Assembly (NCBI GenBank): GCA_016867415.1
Contig: VGJO01000002.1
Location: 6,835 to 70,834, forward strand
Direction of reading: 5' to 3'
DNA length: 64,000 nucleotides
Source: Candidatus Harrisonbacteria bacterium
GTDB taxonomy: Bacteria; Patescibacteriota; Minisyncoccia; UBA6257; UBA11618
Position 1 is the stretch's first letter. Every line of letters starts with the position of its first letter. The notes below the pieces were generated by a model. It had not been told where the DNA came from and did no database searches. It saw nothing but the letters and a program-made list of their open reading frames with translations. Below are positions 38,078-46,285 of the stretch, one piece after another. The position numbers and the translations under genes were made by a program.

Positions 38078-38761
38078 TTATGCAAGACGCTCGACAACAA
38101 TCTGTGAAAAACTTTCTTTCTGCATAAGTCTCGCCTGCCCCTCATTTTGCAAAAGTAAACACGCCATAAAAGTCGCCACTTTTTCCGCTCGACTAACCTC
38201 TAAAATAAGCTCATCAAACCGCACCTTTGCCTCAAGAGAGAGCCGATCCCGCACCTTCCCGATAAAAAGTTCCAAAGGCACCACCTCTTCTTGCATCACT
38301 TCCCGTACTCGCGCCTCAGGCCGCTCCCGGAGCAAAATATCTTGCATTGCAATGTGAAGATTATCTACTACAAGATTTTTTGCAATATACTCGCCTTCAT
38401 TTTTCTTAATTTTTATTTCCCCCTCTCCCCGCAAAAAAAGCCAACACTTGCTCTCCCATCTCCCCTGAAAAATTTTCAAAAAAACTTTGAGCTCTTTATA
38501 CCGTCTCACTCGCTCTTCAAACTGCTTCACCTCTCGTTCTTCTTCCTCTTCGTGATCGCTCGGCACATGCAAAAGCACCCGCGACTTGATAAGCAGGAGT
38601 CGCGCCGCCACCTCGAGAAAATCCGCAATCTCTCCTGGTGCAAGGGAGCTCCGCCTTGCCTCTACATACGAGAGAAAATCATCAGTAATAAGCGCCAAGC
38701 TAAAAAGACTCACATCCATCCGCCTCCCCTCTACAAGCTCCAAAATCTTCTCATATGGCAT
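38078..38761 (-). CDS. scpA: Segregation and condensation protein A (kleisin)
   Basis: ScpA family N- and C-terminal kleisin motifs. Confidence 0.85.
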   Translation of the reverse strand: MPYEKILELVEGRRMDVSLFSLALITDDFLSYVEARRSSLAPGEIADFLEVAARLLLIKSRVLLHVPSDHEEEEEREVKQFEERVRRYKELKVFLKIFQGRWESKCWLFLRGEGEIKIKKNEGEYIAKNLVVDNLHIAMQDILLRERPEARVREVMQEEVVPLELFIGKVRDRLSLEAKVRFDELILEVSRAEKVATFMACLLLQNEGQARLMQKESFSQIVVERLA

Positions 38762-38879
38762 ATATATTTGTCATTCCAGACAACAATCTGAAATCTATTT
38801 AAAATAAGTATACCAAAGAAGCTCCGTAGCGCAGACTTTTTCTAATAATTTGATATAAATTGCATTATATTTCCATATA

Positions 38880-38908
38880 TTGACAAATCTTAATTTATTT
38901 GCTATAAT
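38880..38908 (+). promoter_or_regulatory. Perfect consensus sigma70 promoter (TTGACA-17-TATAAT)
   Basis: TTGACA 38880-38885, 17-bp spacer, TATAAT 38903-38908; drives the 38979..39185 small ORF. Confidence 0.75.
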
Positions 38909-38978
38909 ATAATAACAAACGATTGAGAAGAAATTTTCTCTCTCAATTCCCCAAAAGCCCTTTGAAAGCGAGGAAAAC

Positions 38979-39185
38979 ATGATTTCGTTTCTGGCCATTG
39001 TTAATGTTGTTTTTTTTCTGGGGTTAATCTCTCAGATCGGTCGAGTGACGACCATGGAAAAATACCTCGACCGCCTCTTCGAGATCTTGGTAAATCTCGA
39101 AAATCGAGCTTCCAAGCTTGAGGACGAAGAAGCCTCCGCTCTCGAATTCGAAGCGACAAACCTCGAAGTCAGCTTCGGTGACTGA
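38979..39185 (+). CDS. Small membrane-anchored acidic protein (68 aa), hypothetical
   Basis: SD-like GAGGAAA 5 nt upstream; TM helix then acidic helical tail; own promoter and terminator. Confidence 0.5.
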   Translation: MISFLAIVNVVFFLGLISQIGRVTTMEKYLDRLFEILVNLENRASKLEDEEASALEFEATNLEVSFGD

Positions 39186-39234
39186 GAGGAAATAACTTAG
39201 ATTACCTCACAGAGCCCCGCTCTCCAGCGAAAGC

Positions 39235-39264
39235 CCCCGAGTAAAAATACTCGGGGATTTTTTT
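39235..39264 (+). terminator. Intrinsic terminator
   Basis: CCCCGAGUA AAAA UACUCGGGG followed by AUUUUUUU. Confidence 0.85.
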
Positions 39265-39417
39265 ACCCAAAATTTCAAACCTACTTTTTCTTCTATAAAA
39301 AGGCCCAAGCGAAGCGTTGGGCTACCAAAGGGGTGAGTCTCTGTTTAAAAAACAGAGAATAGAAATATCGATTGTACTCAATCAATATTTGTATAAAAAG
39401 ATTAAAAATCTTTTATT

Positions 39418-39579
39418 CACCCCTCCCTCTTTTGTGACCTTCTGCAGAAAAGAAGCGCGGCTTTTTTATAGCCTTATTTTTTCTTCTTACTCCCCAAAAA
39501 TAAGGCTATAAAAAATTCTTTTCGAAGCCTGAATGAAAACTCGCAGGAGCTTTCAAGTGTCACAAAAGAGGGAGGGGTG
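39418..39579. repeat. 162-nt long-hairpin inverted-repeat element (21-bp perfect outer IR, 20-bp perfect inner IR, 8-bp middle stem) upstream of dnaX
   Basis: CACCCCTCCCTCTTTTGTGAC (39418-39438) is the exact reverse complement of 39559-39579; TTTTTTATAGCCTTATTTTT (39462-39481) reverse complement at 39496-39515. Confidence 0.8.
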
Positions 39580-39654
39580 GTTTCAACCAGCTAAACAATC
39601 AAGTTAAAAAACGGTTTTCCTAATCCCTCCTAATATAGTATCCTTTCCTCACTT

Positions 39655-40746
39655 ATGTCCGCCCTCTACCGCAAATACCGTCCGCAAAAATTCTCCGACC
39701 TCCTCGGCCAGTCTGATCTTGTGACTGTAATGATAAACACGACTAAATTAGACCGCTTCGCTCACGCCTATATCTTCTATGGCACCCGTGGCACAGGCAA
39801 GACCTCCGTCGCCCGCCTCGTGGCCAAAACCGCCAATTGCACCGACCTCGAGTATAAGAAAAAGCACGGCGAAGCCTGTGATGCCTGTGATGCCTGCATG
39901 AAAATCAATCAAGGTGTCACCCTCGACATCTTCGAGATCGATGGCGCGAGCAACCGCGGCATCGATGAGATCCGCGAACTAAAGGAAAAAATCCGCGTCT
40001 CCCCTGCCTTCCTCCGCTACAAGATCTTCATTATTGATGAAGCCCACATGCTCACGACCCCCGCCTGGAACGCCCTCCTCAAAGTCTTTGAAGAGCCGCC
40101 CGCCCACGCGATCTTCATCCTCGCCACTACTGAGTTTGAAAAAATCCCCAAGACCATCCTCTCCCGCGCCCAACGCTACTTCTTCAAGCCACAAGGTATC
40201 AAAGAAATCTCCGAAAAGCTCCTTACAATCACAAAAGAAGAAAAAATCAACGCCGATAAAGACGCCTTGGAGCTCATCGCCACTTTTGCCGATGGCAGCT
40301 TCCGCGACGCCGAGTCTCTCCTCGATCAGCTCCGCTCCCTTGCCCCCACCCTTACCAAAGATGTGATCGAGGAAGCCCTCGGCCGCCTCGGCCCTGCAAG
40401 CATCCGCGAGCTCGCCCTCGCTATCTGTAAAAACGATCTGAAAAATTCCCTCGCTCTCGTCAAGAAATATGCCAGGGATGGCGTGAACTTCCCCGATCTC
40501 ATCCGCGAGCTTATTGAGCTTCTCCGCCTCGCTCTCACCCTCCATCTCGCCCCCGCACTCGAAAGCGATCTTATCGTCGATTTTGGTGAGACGGAAAGCG
40601 CAATTATCAAAGAATTAGCCACTCTCTGCCTTCCCGAAAAAATTTCTCCACTTCTAAAAGGTCTCATCGCGGCCTACGAAGAAAGTGGTACCACCCCTTT
40701 TCCCCAGCTTTCCCTTGAACTCGCCCTCATCGAAAACATAAAATAA
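39655..40746 (+). CDS. dnaX: DNA polymerase III subunit gamma/tau, short (363 aa, domains I-III only)
   Basis: Walker A GTRGTGKTS, zinc module CDACDAC, DEAH box IIDEAHML, SRAQ sensor. Confidence 0.9.
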   Translation: MSALYRKYRPQKFSDLLGQSDLVTVMINTTKLDRFAHAYIFYGTRGTGKTSVARLVAKTANCTDLEYKKKHGEACDACDACMKINQGVTLDIFEIDGASNRGIDEIRELKEKIRVSPAFLRYKIFIIDEAHMLTTPAWNALLKVFEEPPAHAIFILATTEFEKIPKTILSRAQRYFFKPQGIKEISEKLLTITKEEKINADKDALELIATFADGSFRDAESLLDQLRSLAPTLTKDVIEEALGRLGPASIRELALAICKNDLKNSLALVKKYARDGVNFPDLIRELIELLRLALTLHLAPALESDLIVDFGETESAIIKELATLCLPEKISPLLKGLIAAYEESGTTPFPQLSLELALIENIK

Positions 40747-40823
40747 ATATTCGTTATAAATATATAAAAAGAAAGAAAAAAAACCAGCCACACTAGCCGG
40801 TTTTTGTTTTTTTGAAGAGTTTC

Positions 40824-41240
40824 TCACACTCGCCCAAAATCATCTTCCTTTCGCTCAATATCCTCCTCACTCAAAACCTTTCCCCAAGCATACTCGATGA
40901 CAATAAGTGGTTGATAGGAAGAAGTATTGATGAGGCGATGCCAGATCTTGGGACGAACATAAAAACCATCCTCGCTCTGTCCGTGGAAAGCAAATTTATG
41001 GCCATCAATAAAAGCCACACCTTCCCCAGAAGCCGGAATCCAGAATTCACTTCGGAAGTGATGTCTCTGGAGGGAAAGCCTTTTTTGTGGATTTACTTCC
41101 AGGGTCTTAATCCAGTACTGTCTCCCAAAAAATGAAAAATCCCAAATAGAAAAAGACCCCCACAGCGTCAAAACCTTTCTATCCGGCGGCCGTCCGATCG
41201 GAAATATTAGTTGCAAAATTTCCTCCAGAGTTTGAGACAT
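40824..41240 (-). CDS. Cupin-domain protein (mannose-6-phosphate isomerase type II C-terminal-like)
   Basis: Cupin motifs G(x)5HxH...E...G (QRHHFRSEFWIPASGEG) and GxxxxxPxxxxHxxxN-like second motif. Confidence 0.55.
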   Translation of the reverse strand: MSQTLEEILQLIFPIGRPPDRKVLTLWGSFSIWDFSFFGRQYWIKTLEVNPQKRLSLQRHHFRSEFWIPASGEGVAFIDGHKFAFHGQSEDGFYVRPKIWHRLINTSSYQPLIVIEYAWGKVLSEEDIERKEDDFGRV

Positions 41241-41436
41241 GGGAAAATTCTCCTTATGTTTTCAATTTGCCTGATTAGTAAATCCGTTCACTAAAAACAA
41301 ATTAATAATAGTCGAGATAGGTATTTTTTTCAATTTTATTCTAAATATTAGCTTATCCACAAGTACATATTGTATATAAATACACCTATAATTAAGATAT
41401 ATGTATTATATTCTTAATAAGACAAAGTAAATAAAC

Positions 41437-42117
41437 ATGAAAAGACTCCTCCTCACCAAAAATCAAAAGCAAATTCTCCATTTTATCAAGAGCCAGATCC
41501 AGCTCAAAGGCTCCGCTCCGACGATCGCCGAAATGCGAAGTAAATTTGGCTATGCCTCTCCACGAAGCGTCACTCAATACCTCATCTCCCTTGAAAAAAA
41601 AGGTCTTATTAAGCGCGGCCGCTATGCCATACGAGGCATCGAAGTAGTAGCCCCGATCGAGTATGCCGGAGAATCAGTCGAGATCCCGGTGATCGCCTCC
41701 GCCGGTTGCGACAATATGAGCGTCTTTGCCGAGCAGGGCTTTGGTGACTATATCTGTGTTCCCAAGTCTCTCCTTCACGGTTTCCGCCAAGAAAACATTG
41801 TCTGCCTCCGGGCCATGGGTGACTCCATGGATGAAGCCGGGATCAACGACAGCGACTGTGTCTTGACTGAGATGACGAGCGAAGTTGCAAACGGCGACAT
41901 TGTGGTCGCCGTCGTTGATGGATTTGGCGTGATCAAAAGAATTGAGATGGCCAACAACGCCATCATCCTCCACCCCGTCTCAAAAAATCCCACCTACCGC
42001 CCCATCATCGTCAACAAAAATATCAAGATCTTCGGCCGAGTGATTGATGTCCTCCGTGAACCCCGCCAGGGTGGCTCAGAAATAGAAATTGTCCCCCTCT
42101 ATCCCGCTTTAGATTAA
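41437..42117 (+). CDS. lexA: LexA repressor (S24 peptidase)
   Basis: N-terminal wHTH; Ala-Gly cleavage region; catalytic Ser in AMGDSM and Lys in VIKR. Confidence 0.88.
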   Translation: MKRLLLTKNQKQILHFIKSQIQLKGSAPTIAEMRSKFGYASPRSVTQYLISLEKKGLIKRGRYAIRGIEVVAPIEYAGESVEIPVIASAGCDNMSVFAEQGFGDYICVPKSLLHGFRQENIVCLRAMGDSMDEAGINDSDCVLTEMTSEVANGDIVVAVVDGFGVIKRIEMANNAIILHPVSKNPTYRPIIVNKNIKIFGRVIDVLREPRQGGSEIEIVPLYPALD

Positions 42118-42395
42118 TAAAATTTCTAATCTTCATAAATATTTTATCAAAAAGATAATTATGTCAGTCCCGCGCAGGATTTTTTTCCCTTTGATGAGCC
42201 TCCGCTATTACTAGACATACCTAGTTAATATATATTGCAAAAAGTGAGCACTCTCTCTGCCATAGGTTTCGAGTTCTCGAGGGATAAGATGAGTAAACGG
42301 ATCAGCGACATACGACAAACGCCAAAAGAATAAAAAAGACTCTAACAGATTTTTTAAATCTATTAGAGTCTCGAGAAACCCAGGCCTCCACCCTC

Positions 42396-42824
42396 TCAAG
42401 CCACTCTTATGGTCGGATCTTGAGGCAAGGTCACCGTTTCCTCCTGACTCGGCTGGGATTGAGCCATAGAAACAGATAGGCTAGGGTTGTCCTTTAGCTC
42501 TGTTCGTAGAATGATTACTGTTTTCGGGGCTTTTATTCCGAGCTTAGCAAACCCGAATCCGATCTTAACGACCGTCGCTTCTACGTTCCCACCAATAATG
42601 ATTTTCTCTTTGAGCTTCCTTGTTAATATTATTTGAGATGATCCCTCTCCACCCGAAGTGGATCTTCCATTGCCCGGAGCAACGAGCTCTCCTCGAAGGA
42701 TTGAGACAGAGAGCGGCGCTTCTATGAGAAGCACCACCCGGCGTCCTTTGACTGCGTTGACCTTTATGAAGATATCGTTTCCAATCTTTATCTTTTCACC
42801 AATCTTCCTTGATAGTACAAGCAC
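42396..42824 (-). CDS. csrA: Tandem-duplicated (single-chain pseudo-dimeric) carbon storage regulator CsrA; GTG start
   Basis: Two consecutive CsrA domains (MLVLSRKIGEKIKIGNDIFIKVNAVKGRRVVLLIEAPLSVSILRGEL and IILTRKLKEKIIIGGNVEATVVKIGFGFAKLGIKAPKTVIILRTEL) joined by a Gly/Ser linker; RBS GGGAGG 6 nt upstream of the GTG. Confidence 0.8.
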   Translation of the reverse strand: MLVLSRKIGEKIKIGNDIFIKVNAVKGRRVVLLIEAPLSVSILRGELVAPGNGRSTSGGEGSSQIILTRKLKEKIIIGGNVEATVVKIGFGFAKLGIKAPKTVIILRTELKDNPSLSVSMAQSQPSQEETVTLPQDPTIRVA

Positions 42825-42901
42825 GTTTCCTCCCTATGAGAAAAAAGAGTATTGCTAATTCAGTTTTTAAAGCAACGACGAAGCTACAAGCTTCATATAA
42901 G

Positions 42902-42930
42902 AGTATAGCATGCTACGTATTCAATGTCAA
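42902..42930 (-). promoter_or_regulatory. Near-consensus sigma70 promoter for csrA (minus strand: TTGACA-17-TATACT)
   Basis: Reverse complement reads TTGACATTGAATACGTAGCATGCTATACT. Confidence 0.65.
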
Positions 42931-42985
42931 ATTGAAAAGACCAAAAAAAGATTATAAAATAGGTTTTTCCACTCGTTTTCTACAG

Positions 42986-43459
42986 CTACCCCTTGACAAG
43001 CGTCTTGATGAAAGAAACCACCTCGCCGACATGCGTCGCCGGTGTCACCTTCTCCCACTTCTTCACCACCTTCCCTTTTTGGTCAATGAGAAAGGTGTTG
43101 CGGGAGGTCCCCATATACTTTTGTCCCATCATTGTCTTCTCTCCCCACGAATCCATTTTTTCAATAAGAATATGCTCCGGATCCGAGAGGAGGGTGAATG
43201 GTAATTTCTTCTCCTCGCAAAATTTCGCGTGTGACTTCACGCTATCCTTTGATACTCCTACTACTCTCACTCCAAGCTTTTTTAGTTCCGTGACCGAATC
43301 CCGAAATCCTTCCGCCTCCACCGTACATCCCGGCGTATTATCCTTTGGATAAAAATACAGCACTAAAAACTCCTGACTCAAAAGGTCTTGAAGCTTCACC
43401 TCCCGTCCCTGCTCATCCTGCAAACTAACATTTTTTGGCAATACCTCTCCTTCTTTCAT
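42986..43459 (-). CDS. bcp: Peroxiredoxin, Bcp/PrxQ type (thiol peroxidase)
   Basis: FYPKDNTPGCT peroxidatic Cys motif; 157 aa. Confidence 0.9.
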   Translation of the reverse strand: MKEGEVLPKNVSLQDEQGREVKLQDLLSQEFLVLYFYPKDNTPGCTVEAEGFRDSVTELKKLGVRVVGVSKDSVKSHAKFCEEKKLPFTLLSDPEHILIEKMDSWGEKTMMGQKYMGTSRNTFLIDQKGKVVKKWEKVTPATHVGEVVSFIKTLVKG

Positions 43460-43649
43460 AATTCATTATATGTTCGATTTTTAATTAAAACAGTATTAAG
43501 GAAAATTTACTCCTCAAATTTATCAAATTTTATTCGCATATTTATAGCAGGACAATTAAATTTCTAAAGTCACATAAGGTACTTCGTGTAGTGACATGAA
43601 GCGCTTGAGACTTCTAATTTTGTGGTAACGAAAAAGAAGCTCTAAGCGG

Positions 43650-43720
43650 CTGCCGGACTTGGATTCGAACCAAGATACTCGCCTCCAAAGGGCGATGTCC
43701 TGCCGTTAGACGATCCGGCA
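43650..43720 (-). tRNA. tRNA-Gln (anticodon TTG)
   Basis: Reverse complement TGCCGGATCGTCTAACGGCAGGACATCGCCCTTTGGAGGCGAGTATCTTGGTTCGAATCCAAGTCCGGCAG; U1-A72 and G73 as in bacterial tRNA-Gln; anticodon loop CTTTGGA. Confidence 0.85.
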
Positions 43721-43791
43721 AAAAAATAACAAAAAACCATAAAAATTGTACGATTTTTTGACCAAAAAAGCAAAGCTACCAAAATATTATG

Positions 43792-44093
43792 AGACAATCC
43801 GTTGCTGCTATTTTAATCAGTACTGAAGGTGAAATTATTCTCCAAGAACGGGATAATAAGCCTGGCATCGCCCAACCCGGTAAAGTCAACAACTTGGGGG
43901 TGGTATGGAAGCTGGCGAAGAACCACTCTACTCAATCGTCCGAGAAATAAAAGAAGAATTAAGCATTCAGCTCCCGAAAGACCGTTTCACCTTCCTTGGA
44001 TCCTATATCATGAAAAGCTCTCTCGATAAAAAAGGGAAAAGTCAACAAAAAACCCGTTACTCGAAAAAAGTAACGGGTTTATTTTTTATCTGA
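43792..44093 (+). pseudogene. NUDIX hydrolase interrupted by a frameshift in a G5 run (about 43880-43888); the C-terminal reading frame runs through the terminator hairpin
   Basis: N-terminal frame MRQSVAAILISTEGEIILQERDNKPGIAQPGKVNNL then +1 frame GGGMEAGEEPLYSIVREIKEELSI (NUDIX box GGG-x5-E-x7-REVKEE-like). Confidence 0.5.
44050..44087. terminator. Bidirectional intrinsic terminator
   Basis: AACCCGUUACU CGAAAAAA AGUAACGGGUU followed by UAUUUUUU; A-run upstream. Confidence 0.8.
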
Positions 44094-44102
44094 AAGGAAA
44101 AA

Positions 44103-44879
44103 TCACGAAGTCTTCCCATCATTTCGCCCGGAGACCTTGTTGCTCAGACCTCCCAAAATATCAGAAAGTCGAGCAATGTAAGGCATCATAGGACAAAAAA
44201 TTTCTTTCGAATCCAGATGTTCATCCGGGGTTGCTATTATGTCTCGAATAACATTAATAATCCGAGACATCATTTCTTTGTATACCTCAAAATCAACCCG
44301 ATTTATTTCTCCAAAGCATGAGGGTAATTCTGACATCTCGTATGCAAAGAAAGAGTCAATCGCCTGCGAACCAACTAAAAACATCGGTCGGGGATTTTTC
44401 GAATCAAATTGGATGAGATCAAGAGGTGAGTAAGAGACCTCCGGATCTCTGGCGCCAGACATGATGACTCCTGATTGGGTTTCAAGCACCAATCTTCTTT
44501 CATGAGAAATGAGATAAAGCGGTGGAAGAGCCAAGAAAGAAAAGTGAATCTTTTGAAGCCTTTCCCTCATCCTTCTCCGCAAGGTGATGATTGGCAGAAA
44601 CGGCAGTTCCATGCTCCTCTTATGGCCCATTTCCTCAATGTGAGAAAGAAAGAGAAAATCCTCAAATGTTGGCGCCTTATCTGCCACTTTAGCGCAGTGA
44701 AGATAGGGTGCCAACATCCTTTTCTCAAAGCAGCCGCTCCCTCCCATATAGGAAGAGATATCCACATTCGGAATATGAAGCATTCCCCACCATTCATTCT
44801 GCTCTTCTCGAAGAACTTTCTGTTTTCTGCAAAAACTAGCAAATGCATGAGCTTCCGCCGTAAAAGTCGTCGGTTTCAT
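44103..44879 (-). CDS. Hypothetical protein
   Basis: 258-aa ORF, no recognisable motifs. Confidence 0.4.
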   Translation of the reverse strand: MKPTTFTAEAHAFASFCRKQKVLREEQNEWWGMLHIPNVDISSYMGGSGCFEKRMLAPYLHCAKVADKAPTFEDFLFLSHIEEMGHKRSMELPFLPIITLRRRMRERLQKIHFSFLALPPLYLISHERRLVLETQSGVIMSGARDPEVSYSPLDLIQFDSKNPRPMFLVGSQAIDSFFAYEMSELPSCFGEINRVDFEVYKEMMSRIINVIRDIIATPDEHLDSKEIFCPMMPYIARLSDILGGLSNKVSGRNDGKTS

Positions 44880-45085
44880 GAGAATCTCCTATGGGAAAGG
44901 TTAAAGAACATCAATAAACTCACAGGCACATAAAAAATAATATAAAAGCAGATTTTTGTAAAGTGAATGAAAAAATTAACTAATCGGCGGCCGTCGATTG
45001 GATAAGTAAAAAGAAAAAGAGAGGGAAAGAGGATCAAACTGTCATAGCTAACACTAAAATATATTTACAAAATATATATCTTTCA

Positions 45086-45472
45086 AAAGGGAAGCCGATA
45101 AGCCGGATTCTGTCATAATCTAATAAAAGATTATGGGATGGCAATTTGTCTATGCGGCACTCCCAGCATCACTTTTTATTCCTCATGAGGAATAAAAAGT
45201 GATGCTGGGCACGGCCTTGCACTCAGGTAAGGGTTTAGCCGTTTCATCAGAGAAATATGAGACTTCTTTCTCTGCTGGAGGCAAGATCTCTCCTCCGCGA
45301 TTTCTTTTCAAAAACCACCGTCTCTGTTCGCACCTCGAGCTTAGGAGGTTGCCCTCCCTATACCGACAGGCTTACACCTGCTACCCATTACTACAAAGAT
45401 TACTCCTCATAGTGAGTGTCCGGACTTTCCTCAGCAAAGCTTACGCTCTGCCGTAACCATCAAGCTTCCCAA
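45086..45472 (-). ncRNA. rnpB: RNase P RNA (bacterial type A), about 385 nt
   Basis: Minus-strand sequence contains the conserved P4 5' strand GAGGAAAGUCCGGAC, the GUGCGAACAGAGACGG region (cf. E. coli GUGCAACAGAGAG) and the P4 3' strand ACAGAAUCCGGCUUAUCGG; P1 formed by GGGAAGCU/GGCUUCCC at the ends; contains a 23-bp perfect helix (45160-45210). Confidence 0.85.
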
Positions 45473-45518
45473 TTTTTAATATATCACATTTAAAGAATAT
45501 AGTCTATAGATAAAATTT

Positions 45519-45540
45519 GGGGGTGGCGTATGCCACCCCC
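45519..45540 (-). terminator. GC-rich hairpin terminator downstream of rnhA (minus strand)
   Basis: GGGGGUGGC GUAU GCCACCCCC perfect 9-bp stem followed on the minus strand by AAAUUUUAUCUAU. Confidence 0.55.
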
Positions 45541-45616
45541 AGGAAAAAGAGTTCGCGACCTCAAGAGAAAAATCTCAAAGAAGTTAATGCCCTCACCCTC
45601 CTCCCTTATAGAAACA

Positions 45617-46018
45617 TTATAAGGCATCGAGCACTTCGTTTACGAGCTTATCTGCCACCTTATTTTGCTCTCTCCTCACATGAGTAAACGTCACCACTTT
45701 AAACTTCGCCCGCAAAGCCTGGATCTCATCCCAAAAGACCTTAAGATGAGCCTGCTTCACTTTGTATTCCCGATTTAGTTGCTTCACCACGAGCTCCGAA
45801 TCTAAAAAAAATTGAAGTCCATACTCATCCTTCTTTTCTTTCACTATTTTCCCCGCCTCGGTCAAAGCAAAAATAACCGCCCGATACTCCGCCTCATTAT
45901 TTGTCGTCTCACCAATATATTCCTTATAATGCCGATCATCAATCGTGACCCCGATCGCCGCCGGACCTGGATTCCCCCGCGCGCCCCCATCAGTATAAAT
46001 AACTAATTTCTTTTGCAT
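45617..46018 (-). CDS. rnhA: Ribonuclease HI
   Basis: 133 aa; catalytic DEDD residues (YTDGG..., NNEAEY, D..). Confidence 0.9.
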   Translation of the reverse strand: MQKKLVIYTDGGARGNPGPAAIGVTIDDRHYKEYIGETTNNEAEYRAVIFALTEAGKIVKEKKDEYGLQFFLDSELVVKQLNREYKVKQAHLKVFWDEIQALRAKFKVVTFTHVRREQNKVADKLVNEVLDAL

Positions 46019-46126
46019 ATAATAAAGTTCTTATAAATAATTAATTCTTTTTAAGAGTAACAGTACAAGCTAAAAAAGTAGAACACAGGATTTTTGAACT
46101 TCTTTTTGTTCTTCTTTCCTAAAAAG

Positions 46127-46278
46127 GTACTAAGAGCTACCTGCGGGAAGTTTATGAGAAACATCCTTAGAAAAAAAGATGGGCCTCCACTACTTCTAGA
46201 TTAAAAAAAGAAGAAAGAGAAGCATCAGCTAAGATGGGGTCGGCTACACAAGCAAAAGAAGGCAAAAGTATGAGCGTC
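46127..46278 (+). repeat. Dispersed repeat family, copy H (rearranged: GTACTAAGAGCTAC loop motif + CTGCGGGAAGTTTATGAG + GCAAAAGTATGAGCGTC); abuts the nrnA stop
   Basis: Contains modules shared with copies B/D (CTAAGAGCTA) and F/G (CGGGAAGT.TGAG). Confidence 0.7.
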
Positions 46279-46285
46279 AAATAAT

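Noticed and set aside
39270-39650. SRP RNA (ffs/4.5S), expected from the common ffs-dnaX synteny
   Set aside because: The hairpin element there lacks the conserved helix-8 GGAA tetraloop / AGCAG symmetric-loop motif on either strand, and its perfect 21-bp and 20-bp inverted repeats look more like a MITE/cruciform than an SRP RNA; kept only as an alternative in the finding.
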